A DNA stretch of 64,000 nucleotides from Zootoca vivipara (Eukaryota), in the NCBI RefSeq assembly GCF_963506605.1, contig NC_083283.1, positions 83,576,001 to 83,640,000 of the forward strand, read 5' to 3'. Made by a program: the position numbers and the translations under genes. A model generated the notes under the pieces. It was not told where the DNA came from. It searched no databases and worked only from the letters and a program-made list of their open reading frames with translations. Every line of letters begins with the position of its first letter. Position 1 is the first letter of the stretch. This document shows positions 32,905-42,969 of the stretch, piece by piece.

Positions 32905-35334
32905 TTAAAACAAACAAAAACAAACCAACAAACAAACTGAAAGCTTCTTTCTCACCTCTTCCCCCAAATCTTCTTTCCCCACCTGCTCAGGAATATCTTG
33001 GGAAGCAGAAGGAGGGGTCTGGTTCACATTGAGGTTTGGGTCCCCCACAGAAAAAACAGGAATGAGGGGCCTGAGGAACCTGAACTCGCTGCTTAAGGAC
33101 CCACCGGTTAAGCAAACATCGTAGTGGTAACTCCTGGAAAGCGACCCGCTCTGAGAATCCCCACAGTTCTCTGGGAGGTCGGGTCTGGCAGGTGGGAAGA
33201 GAGGAGGGGCAGCGATAAAACTTTCCCTGGGATCCCTCCTGCAGATCTTGATGGCAGCAAAGGAAACAATGCAAACGAGGAACACAAAGGAGACTGCAGC
33301 CAGGCAGATCACCAAATACAAGGTCAAGCTCCCATCTTCTTCATGTTGGTCTTTACTAATCTCCACAGCCTTCATATAAGGATCCGAAAAGCCACCCACG
33401 GGAAGGACATGGAGCATTGCAGTGCTGCTCTGGGGAGGGAGCCCGTTGTCCCTGACCACTATCATGAGTCTCTGCTTGCTGGTGTCTCGCTCGGTCAGGG
33501 CTCTCCTGGTTCTCACTTCCCCATTCTGGGCTCCTATGCTGAAAAGACCAGGGTCTGTGGCCTTCAGCAGCTCATAGGAAAGCCACGAGTTCTGGCCAGA
33601 ATCTCCGTCCACAGCCACCACCTTGGTGACCAGGTAGCCAGACTCCACCGACTTGGGGACCAGCTCATTGCAGGGGGATGTGTTGTTCTGAAGAGGGTAG
33701 AGGAAGAAGGGAGCATTGTCGTTTTCATCTATGATTATGACTCGTACAATAACTTCTGAGCTGAGGGGAGGAGACCCTCCATCTGTAGCCCTCACTGTCA
33801 CTTTGAAATCTTTGATCTGCTCGTAATCCAGAGATCGGAGGACATACAGATTTCCGCTTTCAGAGTTGACTGAGATGTAAGAGGCCACAAGGCCATCAGT
33901 GACCTTCCCAGGCAAAAGGGAGTAGGTGATCTTGGCATTCTTCTCAGTGTCCAGATCAGCAGCACGGACTGAGCCAATGAGCAATCCTGGAATATTGTTT
34001 TCCCGTATCTGCATTTCCCATGAAGACTTTTCAAATACTGGAGGGTTGTCATTGACATCTGAGATCTGAACGTTAATAATTCTTGTTGAAGTGAGCCTGG
34101 GGGAGCCCTGGTCAACAGCTGTGATGGTGATATTATATTCCGGGACGTTCTCTCTGTCCAAGGGACTTTGGACCACAAGCTGGTAATAGTTATCCATTGT
34201 GCGTTTTAAGGCAAAGGGAAGGTTTGCCTCCACAGAGCACATGCTTCTGCCATTATCACCAGAGTCTCGATCTGTGACACTGAAGAGGGCCACCACTGTG
34301 TCCAGAGGAGAATCTTCTTGTATACTGCCAGTGATGGATATGACGGACACTTCAGGGACATTGTCATTCACGTCTTCAATCTCTACCAGGACCTTGCAGT
34401 GCCCTGAAAGACCCCCTCCATCTGTTGCCCTGATGTTCATGTCATAGCTGGTTTCTTTTTCATAATCAACTTGACCTAAAATAGTGATTTCCCCAGTCAT
34501 GTCATTTAAGTGAAATAAATTGTATTTTTTTCAGACACCCGGTGGAATGAGTAGGTGATCTGTGCATTCGAACCAAAATCCAAATCTGTAGCTTCCACTT
34601 TGAAGACCAGAGTGCCGTGTGGGCTGTTTTCTTTTAACCTTACTTTATATTCAGGGTGAGTAAACTGAGGAAAGTTGTCATTATTGTCCAGAATGTCAAT
34701 ATTTATTTGAACTGTCCCTGTTTTTTGTGGCTCCCCTCTCCCTGTCCAGTGGCTTCTCCAGGACAAGATCCACATATATCCTTCCATCTTTGTTGCTTTC
34801 TACTCTGAGACGGAAATGCTCATTTGGACTGAGTGTATAGTTTTGGATGTTATTTTCCCCCAGATCCTCATCTTGGGCAGATTCCAAGGGGAATCGTGTA
34901 TTTGTAGGAACATTCTCGGGAATTTTCAGATCAAATTCATTTTTTGAGAATTTTGGAACATTATCATTCACATCTTCTATCTTGACTACAATACTGTAGA
35001 GATCTAATGGGTTTTCCAGCACAATTTGTGAGAGAAGTAAGCAAGGATCAATCTGGCCACACAAAGCTTCTCTATCTATTTTATCATTTATCAAAAGATC
35101 CCCAGAGTAAGTATTAAGGTGGAAATATTGCTTAGTGTCTTTGGACACTAGTTGGGCTCTGCGAACAGAGAGCTCCCCTGTTCCCAGTTTCAGATCCTCC
35201 AGCACATTAGCCACCAAAGACCCCCTTTTCTTTTCTTCAGGCACAGAATAGTGAAGTGATATATTCAGTGCTCCAGGAAGACAAAGGAAAAGCAAAAAAT
35301 ACAGACCTTGTTCCTTTCTGTAGCCGTCTCTCAT
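32905..35334 (-). pseudogene. PCDHB: G6: frameshifted protocadherin-beta-like variable exon, subfamily B
   Basis: Split into ORFs 34696-35334, 34506-34787 and 32905-34500. Relative to G4 there is a 41-bp deletion in EC2 at about 34738 and a net 1-bp loss at about 34520-34531. Premature stop at 34696-34698. Confidence 0.88.
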
Positions 35335-35538
35335 GGTTCAAGAATCTGCCTCTTCAATGTCTGGCCAAAAAAATGATCTTTCTGACAGACCCCCCAAGAT
35401 AATCTCTGCTGCTGGTGAAATAAATTTGGTGCTGCGGGCTTTTATTTCTGCACCACAGACAAAAACTGGCTGTCTTCTTGTTGCAGAGGTTTCTTTAAAA
35501 AAAATAAAATTCTAAGTTCCAAATTATGTGTTTGTGCA

Positions 35539-35554
35539 TACTGCCACCATGTGG
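35539..35554 (-). promoter_or_regulatory. CSE/CTCF site of the G6 (pseudogene) promoter, intact
   Basis: Minus strand CCACATGGTGGCAGTA, about 205 bp upstream of the ATG. Confidence 0.78.
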
Positions 35555-35905
35555 ATGTATATTGAAATACTAACTAGGACTGCTTTTCATTCAATGTTTG
35601 CTAAAACTCGAACTTTGCACATAAACACCATATTCCTTTCCCTCAAATAATCCTAGGAAGTGTAGTTTAACTGTCACAGAGCTGCAATTACAATTATCTA
35701 TAACAAAATCCACTTTTCTGAAGCTCCTCTCTCCTACTTAGAATACTGTAGATGCAACAGACAGTTATTAAGTTTCCAGATTATGGTGAATTATCTCTGC
35801 CTCCCACAGAGATAATGTATTATGAGAATAATATTTAAGCAATGTATGACCATGTCATAAATAACTCTCAATAGAGCTTTGTAATTTTTTTCCAATACTA
35901 AACAT

Positions 35906-38371
35906 CTAAAAAATGAACATATGAAAACTACTGTATATAAGCAATATTCTCACCTGGAACATATCCTGATTTTCCTCTGGATGACTTGGGACTCCTTCAG
36001 AATCATTGGAACTCCTTGGATTCAGCTGAGTGTTAGGAGGCTCCACAGAGAAAACAGGAAATAGGGGCCTGAGAAACCGGAACTCGCTGTTCAGAGACCC
36101 ACCAGCTAAGCACACCTCATAGTTGTAAGCCTGAGATAGAGATCCAGCACCAGGATCCGCAGAGATCTCCTGGGAATCTGGTCCCACAGGGAAATTGGCT
36201 GCAGAGTTGTAGGTTGCTATGAACTTTTCACGTTTCTGCATCTTGATTGCAATAAATGCCACTACAGAAATGAGAAAGATGCTTGAGATGGCAGCCAAGC
36301 AGATGATCAAATACATAGTCAGGTTGGGGTCTTCCTCCTCCGCTGTTTCCTCCTTTGGGAGAGCCACACTTTTCAGATAAGGGTCAGAGAAGCCGTCCAC
36401 TAGAAGGATTCTGAGCGTGGCAGAGGTGGACTGGGGAGGATGGCCGTTGTCTCGGACGACCACAACCAGATTCTGCTTGAAGCTGTCTCGGTTACGGACT
36501 GGCCTCAGGGTGGTCACTTCTCCATTCTGGGCCCCCACCGTGAACAGACCCGGTTCTGTGGCCTTCAGCAGCTGATAGGAAAGCCAAGAGTTCTGAGCAG
36601 AATCCCTGTCCACAGCCACCACCTTGGTGACCAGGTAGCCAGTCTCTGCCCCTCGGGGAACCAGGTCATTCGAGGGGGAAGTGCCATTCTGGAGAGGGTA
36701 GAGGATGAAGGGGGCATTGTCATTTTCATCCACAACTTGAACGTGGATCGTAACTTCTGAGCTCAGTGGAGGGGAACCTGAATCCACAGCCCTCACCGTC
36801 ACATGGAAATCTTTTACCTCCTCATAATCCAGAGACCGAATGGCATACAGGTTCCCCGTTTCAGAGTTGATGGAGATGTAAGAGGAAGTGGGGCCATCAT
36901 TGACCTTCCCTGGCAAAAGCGAGTAGGTCACTTTGGCATTCTGTGCTGTGTCCAGATCAACAGCATGGACGAAACCGATCAGAAGACCAGGAATATTGTT
37001 TTCTCTTAACTGCATTTCATAGGATGGCTTTTCAAACACTGGAGGGTTGTCATTGACATCTGAGATTTGAACATGAACTATTCTTGTGGAAGTGAGTCTG
37101 GGGGAGCCTCTGTCAGTGGCTGTGATGGTGATATTATACTCAGAGGCTTGTTCTCTGTCCAGTGGCTGTTGGGTCACCAGCTGGTAATAGTTGTTCTCTG
37201 TGGGTTTGAGCACAAATGGCAGGTTTGTTTCTGTGGTGCAGGCAGTTCTGCCACTTTCTCCAGAGTCCACGTCTGTGACACTGAAGAGGGCCACCATTGT
37301 GTCTGGGGGAGAGTCCTCAGGTAATGAACTGGTGATGGAAGTGATTGATATCTCTGGGGCATTGTCATTCTCATCTTCAATGTCCACAATGACTTTGCAG
37401 TAAGCAGAAAGACCTCCTCCATCCGTAGCTCTGATACGCAGATCATAATTTCTGTTTTCTTCATAATCAATTGTCCCTGAAACGGTAATTTCCCCAGTCT
37501 TTTTGTTTAAGTTGAATGATCTTAGCACACTTTCTGGCACTTCACTGAATGAGTAAGTGAGGTGAGCATAGGGACCAAGATCCATGTCAGTGGCTTCCAC
37601 TTTGGTGACCAGTGTATCCAATGGGCTGTTTTCCATTAGCTTCACTTTGTACTCAGATTGTTCAAATTGAGGAAAATTATCATTAGCATCCAGAACATCA
37701 ATGATAATTTGTGCTGTTCCAGTTCGTTTAGGGATCCCTCCATCAACAGCTGAAAGAATTAGGGTAATCTGTGGATTCACCTCACGATCTAACTGCTTCT
37801 CCAATACCAGTTCTGTATATTTGCTTCCATCACTGTTCCTTTGGACATCCAGTCTAAAATGTTCATTAGGACTAAGTGTGTAATTTTGTACAGCATTTTC
37901 TCCTATATCTGAATCCTGCGCTCTCTCCAAAGGGAATCGAGTGTTCACTGGTACCTGCTCAGGTATCTCAAAAATGAATTCCATTTTTGAGAATTTAGGG
38001 GTATTATCATTGACATCTTGTATTTGAACTTTGATTCTCTGCAGCTGCAATGGGTTTTCAAGCACAATTTCAGAGAATAGAAGACAAGGATCATTCTGAC
38101 CACACAGAGACTCTCGGTCTATTTTGTCCTTTAATATCAAATCCCCAGAATGTGGATCCAGATGGAAATACTGTTTGGAGCTCTTAGAAACCAGCTGGGC
38201 TCTTCGAGCAAAAAGTTCCTTTGCATCCACTTTCAAATCTTTCAACACATTAGCTACTAGAGACCCACTTTTCTTTTCCTCTGGCACTGAATAGAGGATG
38301 GGTTGACACATTGCAATACACATGCAGAAATACAGAACCAAACTCAAAACTTGCCTTTTGTGCATTTCCAT
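35906..38371 (-). CDS. PCDHB: G7: protocadherin-beta-like variable exon, subfamily A (probable exon end at donor 35954)
   Basis: 821-aa ORF with the same architecture. Confidence 0.95.
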   Translation of the reverse strand: MEMHKRQVLSLVLYFCMCIAMCQPILYSVPEEKKSGSLVANVLKDLKVDAKELFARRAQLVSKSSKQYFHLDPHSGDLILKDKIDRESLCGQNDPCLLFSEIVLENPLQLQRIKVQIQDVNDNTPKFSKMEFIFEIPEQVPVNTRFPLERAQDSDIGENAVQNYTLSPNEHFRLDVQRNSDGSKYTELVLEKQLDREVNPQITLILSAVDGGIPKRTGTAQIIIDVLDANDNFPQFEQSEYKVKLMENSPLDTLVTKVEATDMDLGPYAHLTYSFSEVPESVLRSFNLNKKTGEITVSGTIDYEENRNYDLRIRATDGGGLSAYCKVIVDIEDENDNAPEISITSITSSLPEDSPPDTMVALFSVTDVDSGESGRTACTTETNLPFVLKPTENNYYQLVTQQPLDREQASEYNITITATDRGSPRLTSTRIVHVQISDVNDNPPVFEKPSYEMQLRENNIPGLLIGFVHAVDLDTAQNAKVTYSLLPGKVNDGPTSSYISINSETGNLYAIRSLDYEEVKDFHVTVRAVDSGSPPLSSEVTIHVQVVDENDNAPFILYPLQNGTSPSNDLVPRGAETGYLVTKVVAVDRDSAQNSWLSYQLLKATEPGLFTVGAQNGEVTTLRPVRNRDSFKQNLVVVVRDNGHPPQSTSATLRILLVDGFSDPYLKSVALPKEETAEEEDPNLTMYLIICLAAISSIFLISVVAFIAIKMQKREKFIATYNSAANFPVGPDSQEISADPGAGSLSQAYNYEVCLAGGSLNSEFRFLRPLFPVFSVEPPNTQLNPRSSNDSEGVPSHPEENQDMFQVRILLIYSSFHMFIF

Positions 38372-38590
38372 TGTTCCAGCTTCACTTCCAGTCAGTTCAA
38401 ATTAGAAGAAGTATCTGTCCAGAATTTCCTTTCTTGAATTACACACCTTCAAGGCCAATCCGTCCTTAGCTGTTTTGAAACAGATGCAGAGGTCTGTTCC
38501 TTTGGATTATAATCAGCAAATGGCCTTTCTTTTTAAGATTGCTTTGTCTAATGGCTGCAGCTCTCTGAAAATACGGTCTTTGTTGTGTAA

Positions 38591-38606
38591 TAGCACCACC
38601 TTGTGT
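38591..38606 (-). promoter_or_regulatory. CSE/CTCF site of the G7 promoter
   Basis: Minus strand ACACAAGGTGGTGCTA, about 220 bp upstream of the ATG. Confidence 0.78.
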
Positions 38607-38960
38607 TGGAATTGTGGTACAACTCCATTTATGAATGTTACCACTTGCCAACCTACACAGATCTTTTAGGAGATCTAGAAATCCTTAGGTTTTCTAACAT
38701 GTAGTCTAATAAATCATTATATATATATATATCAATCACCCACATGAAGACTGCTGGGACCGACTGACAAGAGTGCCTTGCATTCAGTTTTCAAAATGTC
38801 CCAGTCTGGATACAAAGAGCACAAATACACACCGATTACTACAAAAGTGGTAAATTTAGACTTATCTCTCTTTTACTGGCAGACAACTTATAACATAAAA
38901 CAATTGAGGTGTTTTTTTGTTAGCTATGCAGATGAAACACCATAATATTTCCATAATATT

Positions 38961-39305
38961 TGTTAAGTTGTGGGTAAGCATAGCAGACGACACAGCAATC
39001 TCTCCAAAGCAGCTCTTTATTCGGAAGCTGGAACAGAACTGAACTGCATTGCTGAGCTGGCCTGCTTTTATAGAGGCTGGCTCAAACAATGTATCAAACA
39101 TAATTCAAAGTTCCCTCCTAAAACAACTGTCAAGGACCTGAGGACCTGAGGGAAAACTACATAAACTAATACATAACACCCCTCCCCACCGAGAAAAGGC
39201 ATTAGTTACATTTGTAATGGTTTCAATTAGGTACAAGAGCATAACAGTTTCAAGGTACATAGCTTCGTATTTACAATGCAACGTTACATACACTAATACA
39301 TAACA
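38961..39305 (-). mobile_element. Solo LTR, 345 bp
   Basis: TGTTA...TAACA termini and 5-bp TSD ATATT. Minus-strand TATAAAA (39072-39066) followed by AATAAA (39021-39016). Confidence 0.8.
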
Positions 39306-40397
39306 ATATTATTTTATAATTCTGAACTAACATAAGGTCAGCGGAGGCAGGGGGGAGATAGAATTACACTAACCAAATGGATTTTTTTGCTCCCCTTCCA
39401 TCTGGGCACCTGTCTTACCTGCCAGTTTACAAACGAGTTTTGAAACTGTCCTTAATTTCAAAATCAGCTTCTTTGGTGATTCAGTAGCTTGTTGTTAAAG
39501 GATGGGGGGAGGGTAGAATCAAGGACCCTGCCAGCCTCATAGATCTAATTCTGAGGTGTGTGTGTATGTGAAATCTGCTCAACATATAAATAGAACATGC
39601 ATTTAAAAAATTCAAATATAAAGCACAATTGAAACATATGAAATCCAAATTGGACCACAGCATTCTTGCATAATATCCATAGTGGAAGTAGCAATATTAA
39701 TACAATAAATATTGATAACAAAAAGATGGGGGGGGTGTCTTTCCACCAAAGAAATCTAGACGTGGTCATCACTAATCCTCAGGTCTCAAAACCAGATTTC
39801 CTTTTATTATTCAAATGGCTGATAATATATATATATAATTAATGGTTCCAAAAAGCTAGAATCACATTCACAGAAAGATGTTACAACAATAAATAGCCCC
39901 TTGAAGGTCAGAAATGTCTCTTGCATTTGTTTGTTTGTTTGTTTGATAGTGTTACAGAATTGGAGTTGAACTAAATTGGTTTTGGTGATTCTCTCCACCC
40001 CCATTATTTTATAGCTGTAAGAGGATTCTGCAGAAGGTTGGATATCCTGGTTGGATAATCTTAAGCTTGCAGATTCCCTGAGAGGTTGGGTCTTTCAATA
40101 ACCAAAGAGGTGGCCAAGTACAAGTGATTTGTTGCCTTAAGAAATAATGGTGAGAGTTCAGTCTGGAAGGGGGCATGTCCTTTTCCCCCTCGCCTGACTG
40201 GAAGCGATGTCATTAAAGTGTTTATAAAAGAGAACAATATATTGACAGCCTTGATCAGACTCAGAGAGCAGTGGAAATACTTTCCTCCCTCCCTCTATTC
40301 CACACCTCCTTTTTTGTCTTGTTTGTTTGTTTGTTTGTGCCTGTATAGCCAGTGCCTGTAGCAACAGCAATAGAACCGGGCAGAAAACAAACTCTCC

Positions 40398-40478
40398 GAA
40401 GAAGAAGAAGAAGAAGAAGAAGAAGAAGAAGAAGAAGAAGAAGAAGAAGAAGAAGAAGAAGAAGAAGAGGAGGAGGAG
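40398..40478 (+). repeat. (GAA)23(GAG)4 microsatellite forming the SINE tail
   Basis: Seen directly in the sequence. Confidence 0.95.
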
Positions 40479-40699
40479 TTTGGATTTGACATCCCGCTTT
40501 ATCACTACCCGAAGGAGTCTCAAAGCGGCTAACATTCTCCTTTTCCCTTCCTCCCCCAAAACAAACACTCTGTGAGGTGAGTGGGGCTGAGAGACTTCAA
40601 ATAAGTGTGACTAGCCCAAAGTCACCCAGCAGCTGCATGTGGAGGAGCGGAGAAGCGAACCCGGTTCCCCAGATTACGAGTCTACCGCTCTTAACCACT
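40398..40699 (-). mobile_element. tRNA-derived SINE (Squam3-like) with a (TTC)n tail
   Basis: Reverse-complement match to 12024-12215. Confidence 0.85.
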
Positions 40700-41559
40700 T
40701 AACGAAGAACATCCAGCTCCTCCATATAAAAATCAGCAAAAGTCACTAAGTCAAGCATCATTGCACATATTTTCGCAGCGCATTAAGTGTGACTGCCAAG
40801 TCCACACCTGTAGAGTGTGGGAGAGTCAGAGGAAAGAACTCTATTCTTGAGGTGAAAGACATGGGCTACTTGAAAGCACTTTTGCAAGCAGCCCTGGACT
40901 GCTCTTCAATTCTATGAAAACTGAAGAGCAGTTTGTGTAAGGACTTTCAAACAGCCCCACAGTGTGCTTTGGAGTCCCAACAGCCCCCTGATGACACATG
41001 GTGACAGGTGATTGACAGATGGGTGGCCCCACCCACCTGTCAAATTTGGCCCTTCAAGGATGGGGCGATAGGAATACAGCATATCAGGAGTAATTCCAAC
41101 CCTTAAAAAAAAAAAGTTACATAAGTTTTTCTGGTACAAACCTCGTGGCAGTTTCAACCAAAGGAGAAAGATTACACATTTTATGAAGTCACCCAATAAT
41201 TTATTCGTTTTTTACATCGCCATGGTTAACTCAGAAAGTGAAGTAAGCAAATACAGGAGGAAACATTTATGTTGTTGTTGTTGTTGCTGCTGCTGCTGCT
41301 GTTGTTACAAGCATTTGAAAGTTTGGAAAATATACCACTGAAGGGCACCTAGACAATATGTTAATGTTTAATTCAGAGTTTGTTCTGACAATAAAACTGA
41401 TAATTGAAGCATGTTTTAATTTCAATAATTCTCCAGAAGACTTTCCTGTAACACAAACTGGGAGGTCTTCAAAGCAGTCACTACAAGAGAAATCAAATAA
41501 AAAGCTGCATATTTTGAAAAAGAAAAAAAGACCGTTAACAAGTTAATAACACAGATTAA

Positions 41560-42110
41560 AGATGTGGTGCAACAACGTAAAAGGACAAACACTATTTCAA
41601 AGACTTGATGCTATTAAAAAAACACTTAATTTAGTATGGTGTTCATAGGTTTGTAAATTATCAACTTGGGTCAAATAACTACTTAACATTATTTCCAGAA
41701 TAAGGAAACAATCCATACAGTTAAAGCATTTGATAAAATGGAGTGGTCTATTCTGGGAGCTGCACAAAATGTAAATAGACACTACTTTAATATCCTGGAT
41801 TATGATGTTTTCAAACCCTACTGCTTCAAAATAGACAAAGTACAATCAGATACATTTAAATTAAATAGATGCACTAGACAGGAATGCCAATTATCAAGGT
41901 TACTATTTAATTATCAGTGAAACTTATGGTTAAAGCTATTAGACTGGATCACATAAATAAAGGGTTGGCAATATTAACAAACCACTTAAAAATAAATTGT
42001 ATGCAGGTGACATTGTGCTAATTCTGAAAGATCCAGAAAAATCATTTGAGCCAGTTGTACAGTAACTTTAAAAACTATAGAAGACAGAATTGAAAATAAA
42101 TATCAAATCC
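41560..42110 (+). mobile_element. Old L1 reverse-transcriptase fragment
   Basis: Remnant motifs KAFDKMEW, TRQ.C.LS.LLFN and KLYA.DIVL. Confidence 0.6.
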
Positions 42111-42969
42111 CTTCATCAACAGTATTAATTTCCCCACACTTTTACAATGAACTCCCAAACACTGGAGAATCGTCTTGTCCTCTTAAGACTTGAGCAGAAG
42201 TCATTCTTATTGAACTGAACCATAGAACATCATCAGTGGTCATGCCCTCAGTGAGTATCTTTCTGTCCAAAGGACTGTGGTTCACAAGTTCTTAACAGTT
42301 ATTGATAGTGACTATTAGGAAAGTGGGAGAAATTTGTTTTTGTTTTTTTTCAAATTCTAATATGAACCAACCTAAATAACAGTTGCTAAAACAATTTATG
42401 AAGCAAAACAGAGTTGCCCTTCAAAAGTCATATTTCTCTGAATTCTCTAATGCAATTATCCAACCAATTTGTACAGAAATGGGCATATTAGAGGAAAGCA
42501 TGCATAGTGAAAATAACATACAAAAAGACATTATATTAGGGGAAATTGCTTGCAAAAAAAACCTGGAAAATACGCAAAATGTATGTATATTAGGAGAAAT
42601 GTCACTAAAATGTTGCTGAATTTTTGTGAGGTCTGGTCTTAACTCTCTGCCCCCCCCCCCAAATTGTGGAAATATGGTGACCTGAACTTAAAATTGAAAC
42701 AATGAGAAACTGAGAACAACTAAAATTGAATTATTCATCCATCAATAGTGACTTTTAATAAAAAGGAAGCTGTATCTCCTCAGACTAAATGCTTCTGTTG
42801 TTTTCTCCGGTGTCCTTTTCTATTATACTTAAAAGGAGAGTGACTGTATTCCATGGACAAGCCACTGATCATTTCCAGACTTCTCAGAATTCATTGCATT
42901 CAGGCTTAGAAATCAGAGACTTGTTGAGAACAAATAATAGATAAACTGAACATAACTATATGAAAAGTA

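Noticed and set aside
40158-40575. Poly-Lys, poly-Phe and poly-Ser ORFs
   Set aside because: Translations of the (GAA)n SINE tail.
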